Shown: positions 51,694-62,513, counted from the first letter of the stretch. The stretch is 64,000 bases of DNA from Acholeplasmataceae bacterium (GCA_963675245.1 OY775910.1:704001-768000); one strand, 5' to 3'. The notes: a model not told the origin generated them from the letters alone. Made by a program: numbers and translations.

Positions 51694-52194
51694 ATGAAAC
51701 AATGGGGCTTAAAAACAAGAGATTTATTGTTAGCGGCAATTTTACTGCTATTAGCTGGTGGTGTTTTTATCACGATTAGGATTATCGCGTTGAATAGTGA
51801 CGCCTCATATGCTAATGTGTACTATGGCAGTTCAAATGAACCTATTGTTGAAGTTAATTTTGATTCAGGATTGGCACAAGTCAATTATGAGCAAAGTGTC
51901 CCAGAAAGTTATACCATCACTTATCCTTATATAGAAAACGGTCAAAATGATGCTGGTCATGCAGTGATTTGGGTGACATTGTTAGGTGACTATGAAATAG
52001 ATCATATAAGACAAGAATTGGTGATTGAATTTGATTTAGATCAAAAATCAATTCAAATTATAGAGGAAGAAAGTCCACAAAACATTTGTAGTAGACAAGG
52101 GATATCGACATCAGCACCACTCATTTGTCTACCCAATCGTGTCCGTGTAGAGTTTGTCACATCAGGTGATGTTGACATCGACTATTTGAGTTAG
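51694..52194 (+). CDS. NusG domain II-containing membrane-anchored protein (EetA-like)
   Basis: N-terminal TM, C-terminal SPQNICSRQG..PLICLPNRV motif. Confidence 0.8.
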   Translation: MKQWGLKTRDLLLAAILLLLAGGVFITIRIIALNSDASYANVYYGSSNEPIVEVNFDSGLAQVNYEQSVPESYTITYPYIENGQNDAGHAVIWVTLLGDYEIDHIRQELVIEFDLDQKSIQIIEEESPQNICSRQGISTSAPLICLPNRVRVEFVTSGDVDIDYLS

Positions 52195-52197
52195 CCT

Positions 52198-52716
52198 ATG
52201 AACAGAAGAGAACAGACAAAGAAAATGGTGTTACTTGCTAATTTTCTAGCGATAGCCATTGTCTTAAACATTGTTGAATCGATGATTTCTATCATCCCCG
52301 TACCTGGTGCTAAAATAGGATTCGCTAATATTGTTACGTTGATTATTATCTATATATATGGGTACAAAGAAGCGACGACAGTAACCATACTTAGAATTTT
52401 ATTGGTGGCGTTGCTAAGCGGAAGACTCTTTGGTCCTACTTTTTGGTTAGGATTATCTGGATCAATATTATCCTTATCAGTGATGATTGTTATTCATAAA
52501 TTTAAATTATTCGGGACAGTTGGCGTGAGTGTTTTGGGTTCGTTTTTCCACAGTATAGGACAGATTATCGCAGGTATATTTGTGCTTGGTAGTGTCGCGG
52601 TTTTAACGTATTTACCCATCATGTTATTGATTAGTATACCGGCAGGTATTCTAACTGGGATGATCGCGGCTAAATTTGTCTCAGTTTGGACAGCAACACA
52701 CAACGAAAAAACCTAA
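52198..52716 (+). CDS. Gx transporter / heptaprenyl-diphosphate synthase component I family (EetB-like)
   Basis: VES..PVPGAKIGFANI, GVSVLG..FHSIGQ, YLP. Confidence 0.85.
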   Translation: MNRREQTKKMVLLANFLAIAIVLNIVESMISIIPVPGAKIGFANIVTLIIIYIYGYKEATTVTILRILLVALLSGRLFGPTFWLGLSGSILSLSVMIVIHKFKLFGTVGVSVLGSFFHSIGQIIAGIFVLGSVAVLTYLPIMLLISIPAGILTGMIAAKFVSVWTATHNEKT

Positions 52717-52740
52717 TTTTTTGAAAGTGGAAACAAATGC

Positions 52741-52769
52741 TTGCACTCGTGTGGGCTTAATGATATAAT
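52741..52769 (+). promoter_or_regulatory. SigA promoter of rpmE
   Basis: TTGCAC-17bp-(TG)TATAAT. Confidence 0.75.
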
Positions 52770-52825
52770 GTATTCGCAAAACTTACTATGGCGGACAAAA
52801 AGCCATGGCGGAAGGAGACCAAACG

Positions 52826-53089
52826 ATGAAAAAAGGAATTCATCCAAATTTCAACGTTATTAAGGTAAAATGCTCAACTTGCGGGTTTGAACATGAAATC
52901 GGAACGACAATTAAAGATTTCAGAATTGATACATGTTCAAATTGCCATCCATTCTATACAGGACAACAAACGTTCGTTCAGGCAGCTGGACGTGTTGAAA
53001 GATTCAACAAGCGTTATGGCATTAACAGCAATCAGCAACAACCACAAAACGAAGAAAATACAGAAGCAGAAGTTAAAGAACAAGAATAA
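52826..53089 (+). CDS. rpmE: 50S ribosomal protein L31 (zinc-binding type)
   Basis: MKKGIHP, CSTC, CSNCHPFYTG, GRVERF. Confidence 0.95.
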   Translation: MKKGIHPNFNVIKVKCSTCGFEHEIGTTIKDFRIDTCSNCHPFYTGQQTFVQAAGRVERFNKRYGINSNQQQPQNEENTEAEVKEQE

Positions 53090-53112
53090 CGTGATATTAA
53101 TCACGTTTTTTC
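53088..53112 (+). terminator. Terminator after rpmE
   Basis: aacgtgat-atta-atcacgtt plus T tract. Confidence 0.7.
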
Positions 53113-53139
53113 TTAAACAGAGGACAGAGGTGTCAGGGG

Positions 53140-53730
53140 ATGTATCATACATATAACAAAGGGTTTATTGAAGTTGTCTGTGGACCAATGTTTGCAGGTA
53201 AAACAGAAGAGTTGATTAGACGAATCAAAAGACTTGAATATGCGAAACAAAATGTACTCGTCTTTAAACCAGCTGTTGATGTTCGCTATGAAAAAGATGA
53301 AATTGTCTCACATAACCTATCTAAAAAACCATCCATCGTTGTAGGTACAAGTGGAGAAATTATGGATTATGTTCAAGAAGCAACGGACGCTGTTGTGATT
53401 GATGAAGCACAATTTTTTGATCACGGGATTGTTGATGTTGCTGAACATTTAGCAGATCGCGGAATTCGCGTGATTGTAGGCGGTTTAGATACTGACTTTA
53501 GAGGTGAACCATTTGGTGCAATGCCAGACTTGCTTGCTAGAGCTGAGTTTGTTACAAAACTCACTGCGATTTGTGTGAAGAGCGGGTTACCAGCAACAAG
53601 AACACAACGTATCATTAATGGTAGACCAGCGAATTATTCGGATCCTTTAGTGCTGATTGGCGCGACAGAGTCTTATGAACCAAGATCAAGACATTATCAT
53701 GAAGTCCCAGGAAAACCTAAAAAAGATTAA
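53140..53730 (+). CDS. tdk: Thymidine kinase
   Basis: GPMFAGKTEEL, IDEAQF, GLDTDFRGEPF. Confidence 0.96.
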   Translation: MYHTYNKGFIEVVCGPMFAGKTEELIRRIKRLEYAKQNVLVFKPAVDVRYEKDEIVSHNLSKKPSIVVGTSGEIMDYVQEATDAVVIDEAQFFDHGIVDVAEHLADRGIRVIVGGLDTDFRGEPFGAMPDLLARAEFVTKLTAICVKSGLPATRTQRIINGRPANYSDPLVLIGATESYEPRSRHYHEVPGKPKKD

Positions 53731-54166
53731 ATTTATGACCGCTGCACTTAAAGAAGCACAAAAAGCATTTGAAAAAAATGAAGTGCCCGTTGGTGCAGTC
53801 GTCGTATATGATGGTAAAATCATTGCGAGAGGTCATAATAAAAGAGAAGGCGAACAGCTCATTCACGGCCATGCAGAATTTTTGGCAATGATGAAAGCTG
53901 CGAAAAAATTAGGCAGTTGGCGGTTAGAAGATTGTGACATATATGTGACGATGGAGCCGTGCCCAATGTGTGCTGGCGCGATGATTCAATCACGTGTTAG
54001 AAATGTTTTTTATGGTGTTAAGGATTATAAGTCTGGTGTCGCTGATAGTATCATGGAAATGTTTGACTTACCCTTTAATCATCATGTGCACGTTGAAGGA
54101 ATGATTATGGCAGAAGAAAGCGAAGCATTGTTAAAAAGGTTTTTCAAACAATTAAGACATAAATAG
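53699..54166 (+). CDS. tadA: tRNA adenosine(34) deaminase (start uncertain: 53699 or 53735)
   Basis: EVPVGAV, HAE, EPCPMC; followed by SRP RNA as in Firmicutes. Confidence 0.9.
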   Translation: MKSQENLKKIKFMTAALKEAQKAFEKNEVPVGAVVVYDGKIIARGHNKREGEQLIHGHAEFLAMMKAAKKLGSWRLEDCDIYVTMEPCPMCAGAMIQSRVRNVFYGVKDYKSGVADSIMEMFDLPFNHHVHVEGMIMAEESEALLKRFFKQLRHK

Positions 54167-54274
54167 CCCTTTTCGGGCATCATCACTCAATTGTAGCGTG
54201 TGAACCTGGTCAGGCCTTGATCGGAGCAGCCATAAGCACTTCTATGATGTGGGTGATGATGCCCGAGTAGGGCT
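54165..54274 (+). ncRNA. ffs: Small (4.5S-type) signal recognition particle RNA
   Basis: Long hairpin tcgggcatcatcactca/tgggtgatgatgcccga enclosing GAACCTGGTCAGG...AGCAGCCATAAGC (SRP domain IV). Confidence 0.9.
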
Positions 54275-54370
54275 TTTATTATTTGAATAACCAATAAATC
54301 ATGTACTAACCAGATACTAAAGGTGTATACTATACAATGTAAGAAATAAAAAAATTCAAGATTTAGTGGG

Positions 54371-56701
54371 GTGCTTAAGGTGGGGAAAAAGTCTATTTGG
54401 TTAATCTTAATCATGATGTTTTTTTTAGTATCTTGCCAAAGTCAAATTTCTAGCATAGAAGATATCGATAACTATATTGAAAATTTTATGTCTCACAGTA
54501 ATCAATTTAATATTGATACAACAATTGATGCATCTATTACTGCTAACGGTGTTGAAACATCACTTACTGAAGAGATTGAAATGTTTATTCAAATAGAGCC
54601 ATACTACCTTACATATGTGGACGAAGGTATGACATATATAGAGTATATGGAAGACGACTTAATAAAAACAGCTTCGTATGATGAAATGTCACAAGTTGAA
54701 GGAAAATTTCTATATACATATTTAGAATATTTGCCTGATAATTATACAACATACGATATTGAATTAGATTTAAAAGACAATCATTATGATATAAAAAAGA
54801 CAAGACAGGGTTCATATGTCATAGAGGCTAACGTTAGAGATTTACTTTCAGAAAATGATTATGAATTAATTAATGCAATGATGGGCTCATTTCATTCAAC
54901 AGATGATTTTATAGAAGATGCTACTGCTAAAGCAGAGATTTTTTTATCAAGAAAAGAAATACGTTATATTGTGACAGTAAATATCGATATTGATGATTAT
55001 GATATTGCAGTGGAAGTTACAATGGACTTAAAAATTAGGTATGCATCATTTACAACAGTCGATGTTAGTGATACAACATTGTTTTTCCCTATCTCTTCTG
55101 GTGAAGGATCAGCTGTCATTGATGTTCACGAACATATATTATATCCTGCTCATCGAACAGGAGCAGTTAGTTACGATATTTATTTAGAGCCAGGTAAGTA
55201 TGTGTTTGATATCTTAGAAGAAGATTTTTCTGGAAGAAGAGTTCATGTTAATATCTATGACAAAAATACACTTGAAAGTGTATTAACTTTCGCAGACGTA
55301 TATAGTCCTACATACGATTTATATGAATCATCTATTAACACCTATTTCAATATCAATGAGGTGGGATATTACGAAATATTCATTGAGTATCCAGAATCAA
55401 ACATACCCGTAATTAGTCAACTTAAGGAGTATGAATATGATACAGATGGCACGATAAATCATGACTTAGTGGTTACTGAAAGTGGTACATATTACTACAA
55501 CATTGAAGGCCCATATGATTTCTTTTCTATCTATATTGACATACCTGGTTATACATATGTAGATATCACAAATTCAAACGGAAATAAGATGTATTTTACA
55601 GAATATGGCGAAGAAGAAATATATCATACATATAGTTTACACAATACACTTTCATATTTAAATCATGATCCACACAATATTTATATATTTGGTGACAACG
55701 CAATCAGTGGGACAGTTACTATTGAGTTAGAGCATTTAGATACAGCGGGTGAAATAGATTTTGACACAATGCCCGACATGCTAACAACGTTTGACATATA
55801 TTTACACACACAAAGTGACTTTATAGATCAATATTTAAAAGTTGAAATCATATCTCAAGGGTTTTATGAATTCTACTATGATATTATTGAAGGCTATCCA
55901 TTGATAAAAGATGCCCTGTATACTCAAAATGGAGAATTAGTAACAAACATCAATGAAGGCGAGATTGTACCACTAAGTATAGGAACATATTATTATTTAG
56001 TTTTGGGTGATAATTATGATGGTTACTACGGCATACGATATGATATGACATCAAAACATATTATCTCAAACGATTTGACAACACTTAATTCAATTGAAAC
56101 ACTTATAGGTAATTTAAATGACCTAAACTTAATTTGGGATTCAATAACAAGTAAAGATGACTATATTGTTTACAATTTTACATTGACAGAAGAAACAGAC
56201 GTTGTTATATCAAATGAAAGTGAATATCAATTGTATGCTGCTAGTGGAGAGAAGATTAGTTTAAATTTATATGATGCCACGTCGTATGGTGTTTACAGAT
56301 TAGATGCTGGAGACTACTTTGTTGGGGTGACGTTACCAAAAACATTTAATACAGATAATCTACCTTATGAGTATCATTTACTGCTTGGAGAATTAAATGT
56401 TCCTGGTTCTGAAAATGATACTTCAGTTTATCCATACTTTGAAATTTTAGAACCAAGAACCTGGGGAAATTCAATGCCAGATTATCTGGGAGATATTGAT
56501 GGTTATAAAATTATAGTTGACAAAGAAACAACATATGCTTTTACAGCTTATGAGTGGACAACAATTTTCAAAGGCAAACAACTGATTGCCACATTTTACA
56601 ACAGTGATACAATAACATTAGAACCTGGGATTTATTATGTCATTGGTGCGAGAAACCCAGAATATAATCCTTGGCACTTATACTATGATATTGTGGCGTA
56701 A
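54371..56701 (+). CDS. Large hypothetical lipoprotein with repeated beta-sandwich (PPC-like) modules
   Basis: Lipobox FLVSC; recurring LEPGKY/LSIGTYY/LDAGDY/LEPGIYY motifs. Confidence 0.7.
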   Translation: MLKVGKKSIWLILIMMFFLVSCQSQISSIEDIDNYIENFMSHSNQFNIDTTIDASITANGVETSLTEEIEMFIQIEPYYLTYVDEGMTYIEYMEDDLIKTASYDEMSQVEGKFLYTYLEYLPDNYTTYDIELDLKDNHYDIKKTRQGSYVIEANVRDLLSENDYELINAMMGSFHSTDDFIEDATAKAEIFLSRKEIRYIVTVNIDIDDYDIAVEVTMDLKIRYASFTTVDVSDTTLFFPISSGEGSAVIDVHEHILYPAHRTGAVSYDIYLEPGKYVFDILEEDFSGRRVHVNIYDKNTLESVLTFADVYSPTYDLYESSINTYFNINEVGYYEIFIEYPESNIPVISQLKEYEYDTDGTINHDLVVTESGTYYYNIEGPYDFFSIYIDIPGYTYVDITNSNGNKMYFTEYGEEEIYHTYSLHNTLSYLNHDPHNIYIFGDNAISGTVTIELEHLDTAGEIDFDTMPDMLTTFDIYLHTQSDFIDQYLKVEIISQGFYEFYYDIIEGYPLIKDALYTQNGELVTNINEGEIVPLSIGTYYYLVLGDNYDGYYGIRYDMTSKHIISNDLTTLNSIETLIGNLNDLNLIWDSITSKDDYIVYNFTLTEETDVVISNESEYQLYAASGEKISLNLYDATSYGVYRLDAGDYFVGVTLPKTFNTDNLPYEYHLLLGELNVPGSENDTSVYPYFEILEPRTWGNSMPDYLGDIDGYKIIVDKETTYAFTAYEWTTIFKGKQLIATFYNSDTITLEPGIYYVIGARNPEYNPWHLYYDIVA

Positions 56702-56712
56702 TTTATAAAGTT

Positions 56713-56756
56713 AAAACAGAAGATTTATTATATGAACGATAAATCTTCTGTTTTTA
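56713..56756 (+). terminator. Rho-independent terminator
   Basis: aaaacagaagatttat...ataaatcttctgtttt. Confidence 0.85.
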
Positions 56757-56850
56757 TGATGAAATCATAACATTTCACGCCTTTTACTTTACGCTTGCGA
56801 GTATGATGATGTTATAATGATTATGACGTAAAATAACGGAGGAAACATAT

Positions 56851-57519
56851 ATGAGATTAAACCCTAAAGTATTTAAGGCACTTACAGGCGATCCTTTCGC
56901 TGTGCAAGAGATTGATGGCCAAAGAGTGGAATTCCATTATATGGACGATACACCATATCTCGAACAATATACGGCACGTGGTCGTTTCGCGATTTGGACA
57001 TCAGACGGTAAAGGAAATTATAAAGTTCTTATTCAAAGTCAATATTATGAAGCATTGAAACCATTTTATGAACAAGGTGTTAATAAAATTTGGTTAGGTT
57101 TTTTATCAAAAGTTGGCACGATGAGCAGAAAAGTAAACATGTTATTCTTAATTCCAACAATGGTTGTTTACGCGATTGCAGTTGTGTTGTTCTCAATTTT
57201 CTGGGAAGAACAAATTATGATCTTATTGATTGTCATGCTCGCAAGCGTTATTGTTACTAACATGTTTCAAAGCAGATATGTTAACAAGAAAGTAAAAGAA
57301 GAAAACAACAACACACAAGAAGCAATTAAAGCATATGTGGGAGAAGAAGAATTCTCAGCATTAGTTAAAAACCAAGAAACATTCTTTGCTGAATATTTTA
57401 AGACCGAAGAAGTTCAGCCTGAAACACCTGCTGAAAGTGAAGAACAAGAAGTGATTGAAGCAGACATAGAACCATCTGAAACAAATAGTAATGAAGAGGA
57501 CGATTCAAATGACAAATAA
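56851..57519 (+). CDS. Hypothetical 2-TM membrane protein with acidic tail
   Basis: RBS GGAGG; overlaps the tkt start. Confidence 0.75.
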   Translation: MRLNPKVFKALTGDPFAVQEIDGQRVEFHYMDDTPYLEQYTARGRFAIWTSDGKGNYKVLIQSQYYEALKPFYEQGVNKIWLGFLSKVGTMSRKVNMLFLIPTMVVYAIAVVLFSIFWEEQIMILLIVMLASVIVTNMFQSRYVNKKVKEENNNTQEAIKAYVGEEEFSALVKNQETFFAEYFKTEEVQPETPAESEEQEVIEADIEPSETNSNEEDDSNDK

Positions 57520-59461
57520 GGCAATAGATGCAATCAGATTTTTAGCTGTTGATGCCATCAATAAGGCAAACAGCGGACACCCAGGTATTGTTTTAGGATC
57601 TGCACCAATGGCATATCAACTTTTCACAGAACACTTAAACATTGACGTTAAGAATCCTAAATGGATCAACCGTGACCGTTTTGTATTATCTGCTGGTCAT
57701 GGCTCAATGTTACTATATGCATTAAACCATCTTGTTGGATATAAAGTATCCATGGAAGATATAAAGAATTTTAGACAAATTGGAAAAACACCAGGACATC
57801 CTGAATATGGACATACTGAAGGTGTAGAAACAACTTCTGGACCATTAGGCCAAGGGATTAGTAATGCTGTCGGTATGGCGTTAGCTGAAACACATTTAGC
57901 CGCTAGATTTAATAAAGAAAATTTCCCAATCATCAATCATTACACATATGCTTTATGTGGTGATGGTGATCTTCAAGAAGGGGTTGCTTTAGAAGCAGTA
58001 AGTCTTGCAGGACATTTAGGGTTAGGCAAACTCATTGTTTTATATGATTCAAATGATATCCAATTAGACGGACCAACCAAATGGGCAATAAGCGAAGATA
58101 AAAAAGGTAAGTTTGAGGCATTAGGCTGGCAATATATCCTAGTAAAAGATGGCAATGATTTAGTTGCTTTACAAAAGGCGATTAGAAAAGCGAAAAGAGA
58201 AACAGAAAAACCAACACTCATCGAAGTGAAGACAGTCATTGGTTATGGTACCAGTTTAGCGGGCACTTCGGCTGTACATGGTGCAGCGATTGGTGAAGAA
58301 AAAGCTGATGAAATGCGCAAAAATTTAGGGTGGGAATTTCCACCGTTTGAAATACCTAGTGAGATTTATAATTTATATCGTCGCAAGGTAACATTGCGTG
58401 GACAACGTGTTCATCGTCGTTGGAAGAAACTTTTAAGTGAATATCGTTCTTCTTATCCAAATGAAGCAGCATTACTAGATTCATTTTTGGACGGTCACGT
58501 GACGGTTAATCTTGATGATTATGCAAACATCATGAATGTTGATAAAGAAGCGACTCGTGCGACGAGTGGCAAAATGATTAATGCATTATCATCTAAGTAT
58601 TTGAATTTGATTGGTGGATCTGCAGATTTAACCGCTTCTACAAAAGCGAAAGGTGCAGATGGGCATTTTAATAAGGAAAACAGATTAGCAAGAAACGTAA
58701 ACTTCGGTGTCAGAGAACACGCGATGGGTGCGATTGCTAATGGTATGGTTTTACATGGCGGGTTAAAAGTGTTTACGGGTGCGTTCTTCGTATTCAGTGA
58801 TTACATGAAACCAGCTATACGCTTAGCAGCGATTATGCAAATCCCTACGATTTTTGTCTTCTCACATGATACAATCGCAGTTGGAGAAGATGGACCAACG
58901 CACGAACCTATTGAACAATTAGCTGGTTTACGTGCAATTCCCGGGCTTAATGTGATTCGTCCTGCAGATGCGAAAGAAGTTGCTGCTGCATGGAAAGTCG
59001 CGATGGAATCAACAAGCACACCTACTGCTATTATCTTAACAAGACAAGGTATTAAAAACCATGCCTCTTCAAGTTATGAAGGGCTTGTTAAAGGTGCTTA
59101 TGTGGTATCTCCTGAAAAAGAAACTATCGATGGTATTTTATTAGCTGCTGGATCAGAAGTTGATTTAGCGTTAGAAGCGAAAAAGTTATTATCAGCAGAA
59201 GGTAAAGACATTAGAGTTGTTAGCATGCCTTCGCACTATTTCTTTGAAAAACAAACAAAGAAATATCAAAAACAAATTTTACCTGGACGTGCAAAAGTGG
59301 TTGCGGTAGAAATGGGTTCAAGACAGTCTTGGTATAAATATGCAAAAGATGTTTATGGCTTAGATGAGTTTGGTGTAAGTGCGCCACAAGATGTTGCACT
59401 TAAGCATTTCCATTTCACACCGGAAGAACTTGCAGCATATGCAAAAAAGGTATTTAAGTAA
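57509..59461 (+). CDS. tkt: Transketolase
   Basis: [32 protein letters not shown]. Confidence 0.97.
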   Translation: MTNKAIDAIRFLAVDAINKANSGHPGIVLGSAPMAYQLFTEHLNIDVKNPKWINRDRFVLSAGHGSMLLYALNHLVGYKVSMEDIKNFRQIGKTPGHPEYGHTEGVETTSGPLGQGISNAVGMALAETHLAARFNKENFPIINHYTYALCGDGDLQEGVALEAVSLAGHLGLGKLIVLYDSNDIQLDGPTKWAISEDKKGKFEALGWQYILVKDGNDLVALQKAIRKAKRETEKPTLIEVKTVIGYGTSLAGTSAVHGAAIGEEKADEMRKNLGWEFPPFEIPSEIYNLYRRKVTLRGQRVHRRWKKLLSEYRSSYPNEAALLDSFLDGHVTVNLDDYANIMNVDKEATRATSGKMINALSSKYLNLIGGSADLTASTKAKGADGHFNKENRLARNVNFGVREHAMGAIANGMVLHGGLKVFTGAFFVFSDYMKPAIRLAAIMQIPTIFVFSHDTIAVGEDGPTHEPIEQLAGLRAIPGLNVIRPADAKEVAAAWKVAMESTSTPTAIILTRQGIKNHASSSYEGLVKGAYVVSPEKETIDGILLAAGSEVDLALEAKKLLSAEGKDIRVVSMPSHYFFEKQTKKYQKQILPGRAKVVAVEMGSRQSWYKYAKDVYGLDEFGVSAPQDVALKHFHFTPEELAAYAKKVFK

Positions 59462-59472
59462 GAAGTGATTTT

Positions 59473-61335
59473 ATGATTTACGATGGTATCATCGTTGGCG
59501 CTGGTCACGCAGGTGTAGAAGCTGCACTTGCCATGGCACGCATGAATAAGCATACAATACTCATTACAGGCAACCTGAACAAGGTTGCTTCTTTGCCTTG
59601 TAACCCCTCTATTGGTGGTCCTGCTAAAGGGATTGTTGTAAGAGAAATTGACGCACTCGGTGGCCAAATGGCTAAAAGTGCGGATCAAGGGCAAATTCAA
59701 ATCAAGATGTTAAATGCATCTAAAGGACCTGCTGTAAGAGCGTTACGCGCACAAATTGATAAATTAATGTATCCAAAAATTATGTTAGATGTGTTAAAAA
59801 ATACTGAAAACCTGACCCTATTAGAAGAACTCGTTGACCAAATGATCGTTGAAGATAATCGTGTCACCGGTGTTATATTAAAGAATGGTGAAAAGGTTTA
59901 TGGAAAAACAGTTATTCTAACGACAGGTACATATCTTGCAAGTAATATTTTAATTGGTAAAGAAAAGACAACCAGTGGGCCACATGGTGAACCGACGACA
60001 TTTGGTATATCTGGTCAATTAAAAGAATTGGGATTTGAAGTAGTTCGTTTAAAGACGGGCACACCACAACGCATCGCGATTGATTCGATCGATCCATCAA
60101 AAATGGTCGTTCAACCTGGCGATGAGATGGCATGGACATTCAGCTATGATAATCATTATCAGGATGAAAACCCGCAAAAGGTTTGTTATTTAACACACAC
60201 CACACCAGAAACACACGAGATCATTAATGAACACTTAACTGAATCTGCGATGTATGGTGGTATTGTTGAAGGTGTTGGACCAAGATATTGTCCATCCATT
60301 GAAGATAAAGTGGTTCGCTTTTCTGATAAGAACAGACACCAAATCTTTATTGAACCGGAAAGTTTATCTTTAGATGAATTATATGTTCAAGGTTTTTCAA
60401 CAAGTCTTCCAAGAGATGTTCAAGAAGAAATGATTAGAACTATCCCTGGATTAGAAAACGTTAAGATTATAAGGTACGCGTACGCGATAGAGTATGACGC
60501 AATTAATCCTATTCAATTAAACGCGACGTTAGAAACAAAACGTATTGAAAACTTATTTTGTGCGGGACAAATCAATGGCACAAGTGGTTATGAAGAAGCA
60601 GCTGGTCAAGGTTTAATGGCAGGTATTAATGCTGCGTTAAAGTTAGACCATAAAGAGCCACTTGTCTTAGAAAGACATGAAGCGTATATTGGTGTTTTAA
60701 TTGATGACCTAGTTACTAAAGGAACAGTAGAACCATATCGCTTGTTTACATCACGTGCTGAACATCGTCTTTTATTAAGACATGATAATGCAGATATCAG
60801 ACTTCGCGATTATGGCTATCAAATCGGTTTAGTGGATGAACAGACCTATCAATCGTATCTCGCTAAAAAAGACGCAATAAGTGCTTTATATGAAGACGTA
60901 AATACGTATCGCGTGTTGCCAACGGATGATAACAATCATTATTTAACATCTCGTGGCTCTGCGAAGATATTTGAAGCGATGACGATTGCTGATTTACTTA
61001 AGCGACCTGAGTTTAATCGTCAAGATATTGTTCACTTTCTGGGTGATCGATATGAAGAGGATATTTTAGAACAAGTTGAAATTGATATTAAATATGATGG
61101 TTATATCAAGAAGGCACTAAGAGAAGCTGAACGTATGACACGTTTGGAACATAAACTAATACCTGCTGATATTGATTATCATGATATTAACAATCTTTCC
61201 TCTGAGAGCCGTGAAAAATTATTAAAGATTAACCCTAGAACCATTGGTCAGGCATCACGAATATCAGGTGTTAATCCTGCAGATATATCGGTGTTAGTTG
61301 TTTATATTGAAGCGGGGATGAGAAAACGTGTTTAA
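59473..61335 (+). CDS. mnmG: tRNA uridine-5-carboxymethylaminomethyl modification enzyme
   Basis: [44 protein letters not shown]. Confidence 0.98.
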   Translation: MIYDGIIVGAGHAGVEAALAMARMNKHTILITGNLNKVASLPCNPSIGGPAKGIVVREIDALGGQMAKSADQGQIQIKMLNASKGPAVRALRAQIDKLMYPKIMLDVLKNTENLTLLEELVDQMIVEDNRVTGVILKNGEKVYGKTVILTTGTYLASNILIGKEKTTSGPHGEPTTFGISGQLKELGFEVVRLKTGTPQRIAIDSIDPSKMVVQPGDEMAWTFSYDNHYQDENPQKVCYLTHTTPETHEIINEHLTESAMYGGIVEGVGPRYCPSIEDKVVRFSDKNRHQIFIEPESLSLDELYVQGFSTSLPRDVQEEMIRTIPGLENVKIIRYAYAIEYDAINPIQLNATLETKRIENLFCAGQINGTSGYEEAAGQGLMAGINAALKLDHKEPLVLERHEAYIGVLIDDLVTKGTVEPYRLFTSRAEHRLLLRHDNADIRLRDYGYQIGLVDEQTYQSYLAKKDAISALYEDVNTYRVLPTDDNNHYLTSRGSAKIFEAMTIADLLKRPEFNRQDIVHFLGDRYEEDILEQVEIDIKYDGYIKKALREAERMTRLEHKLIPADIDYHDINNLSSESREKLLKINPRTIGQASRISGVNPADISVLVVYIEAGMRKRV

Positions 61336-62023
61336 AAATGATGTATTAGAAGGATTGGAAATTGAACTATCCGATCAACAATTAAAAATGTTTGATTTGT
61401 ATTATGAACAACTGATTGCTTATAACGAACATACAAATTTAACGAGAATCACAGAGCGAAATGAAGTGAATATCAAACATTTTTATGATTCACTTACATT
61501 GGCGAAAACGCTCGATTTGACAGCGGTTCGTTCACTTTGTGATATGGGTGCGGGTGCTGGTTTTCCAAGTATCCCTTTGAAATTTATTTATCCTCATTTA
61601 AACATTACAATTATTGATTCACTTGGAAAACGGATTGTCTTTTTAAAACAACTGATTGAAACACTTGATTTAAGAGATGTTAATCTTGTCTATGATCGTA
61701 TTGAAAAGCATGCCGAAAACCATCAAGAGGTTTTTGATGTTGTGGTCGCGAGAGCACTTGGCAGCTTACCATTGATTTTAGAAATGGGGATTCCCATGTT
61801 AAAAACAAAAGGGAAGCTGGTTGCTTATAAAGGACATAATTATGAATCAGAGTTATTAGACAGCAAAAAAACATTGTTAAAACTAGGCTCTAAGTTAATC
61901 GAAGAAGAACGCTACGACTTGCCTAATGATATGGGGCATCGTGTGCACTTAGTTGTTGAAAAAATGAAGCATGTCCACGGTTATCCAAGAAGCTTTGCTA
62001 TCATGAAGAAAAAGCCTCTTTAA
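61328..62023 (+). CDS. rsmG: 16S rRNA m7G527 methyltransferase
   Basis: [21 protein letters not shown]; follows mnmG. Confidence 0.95.
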   Translation: MFKNDVLEGLEIELSDQQLKMFDLYYEQLIAYNEHTNLTRITERNEVNIKHFYDSLTLAKTLDLTAVRSLCDMGAGAGFPSIPLKFIYPHLNITIIDSLGKRIVFLKQLIETLDLRDVNLVYDRIEKHAENHQEVFDVVVARALGSLPLILEMGIPMLKTKGKLVAYKGHNYESELLDSKKTLLKLGSKLIEEERYDLPNDMGHRVHLVVEKMKHVHGYPRSFAIMKKKPL

Positions 62024-62040
62024 ACGTATAGGTGATAATG

Positions 62041-62232
62041 ATGAAAATCGATTTAAACGATATCTTGGTCACGAAGAAAAAACATGTCTGTGGTTCGGAC
62101 AGGTGGATTGTGACACGTATTGGCGCGGAAGTGAAAATTAAATGTGAAAAGTGTGGACGAGAAGTGATGTTTTTCAAACCAACACTTGAAAAAAGAATCA
62201 AGGCTATTGAGAAGGTTAATACGGCCGAGTAA
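62041..62232 (+). CDS. DUF951 family protein
   Basis: KKKHVCGSDRW..R.GAEVKIKCEKCGR. Confidence 0.85.
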   Translation: MKIDLNDILVTKKKHVCGSDRWIVTRIGAEVKIKCEKCGREVMFFKPTLEKRIKAIEKVNTAE

Positions 62233-62297
62233 AACCATTAAATTCATTCAATTTAACGTGTATAATCTAAAAACTCACAAAAAGTTGAGAAAAGCAG

Positions 62298-62326
62298 TTG
62301 ATATTTTAAGCATGTTAAGTTAGAAT
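62298..62326 (+). promoter_or_regulatory. Promoter of tRNA-Tyr
   Basis: TTGATA-17bp-TAGAAT. Confidence 0.65.
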
Positions 62327-62346
62327 ATATAAGCAAGCCCAAAATT

Positions 62347-62430
62347 GGAGGGGTAGCGAAGTGGCTAAACGCGGCAGACTGTAAATCTGTTCCCTAGGGT
62401 TCGGCAGTTCGAATCTGCCCCCCTCCACCA
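62347..62430 (+). tRNA. tRNA-Tyr (GTA)
   Basis: GGAGGGG/CCCCTCC acceptor, anticodon loop CTGTAAA, GTTCGAATC, CCA end. Confidence 0.97.
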
Positions 62431-62462
62431 TTCTATTTTTGCAAGGCCTTGTTAAAGCAAAT

Positions 62463-62513
62463 TGATATAATTGCACCAAGTGTATTGACAGGGTTCTTTC
62501 ATCATGATAGAAT
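62463..62513 (+). promoter_or_regulatory. rRNA operon promoters (tandem)
   Basis: TGATATAAT at 62463-62471 and TTGACA-17bp-(TG)TAGAAT at 62485-62513; processing-stalk/boxA-like TCTTTGAAAACTGAA downstream. Confidence 0.75.
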
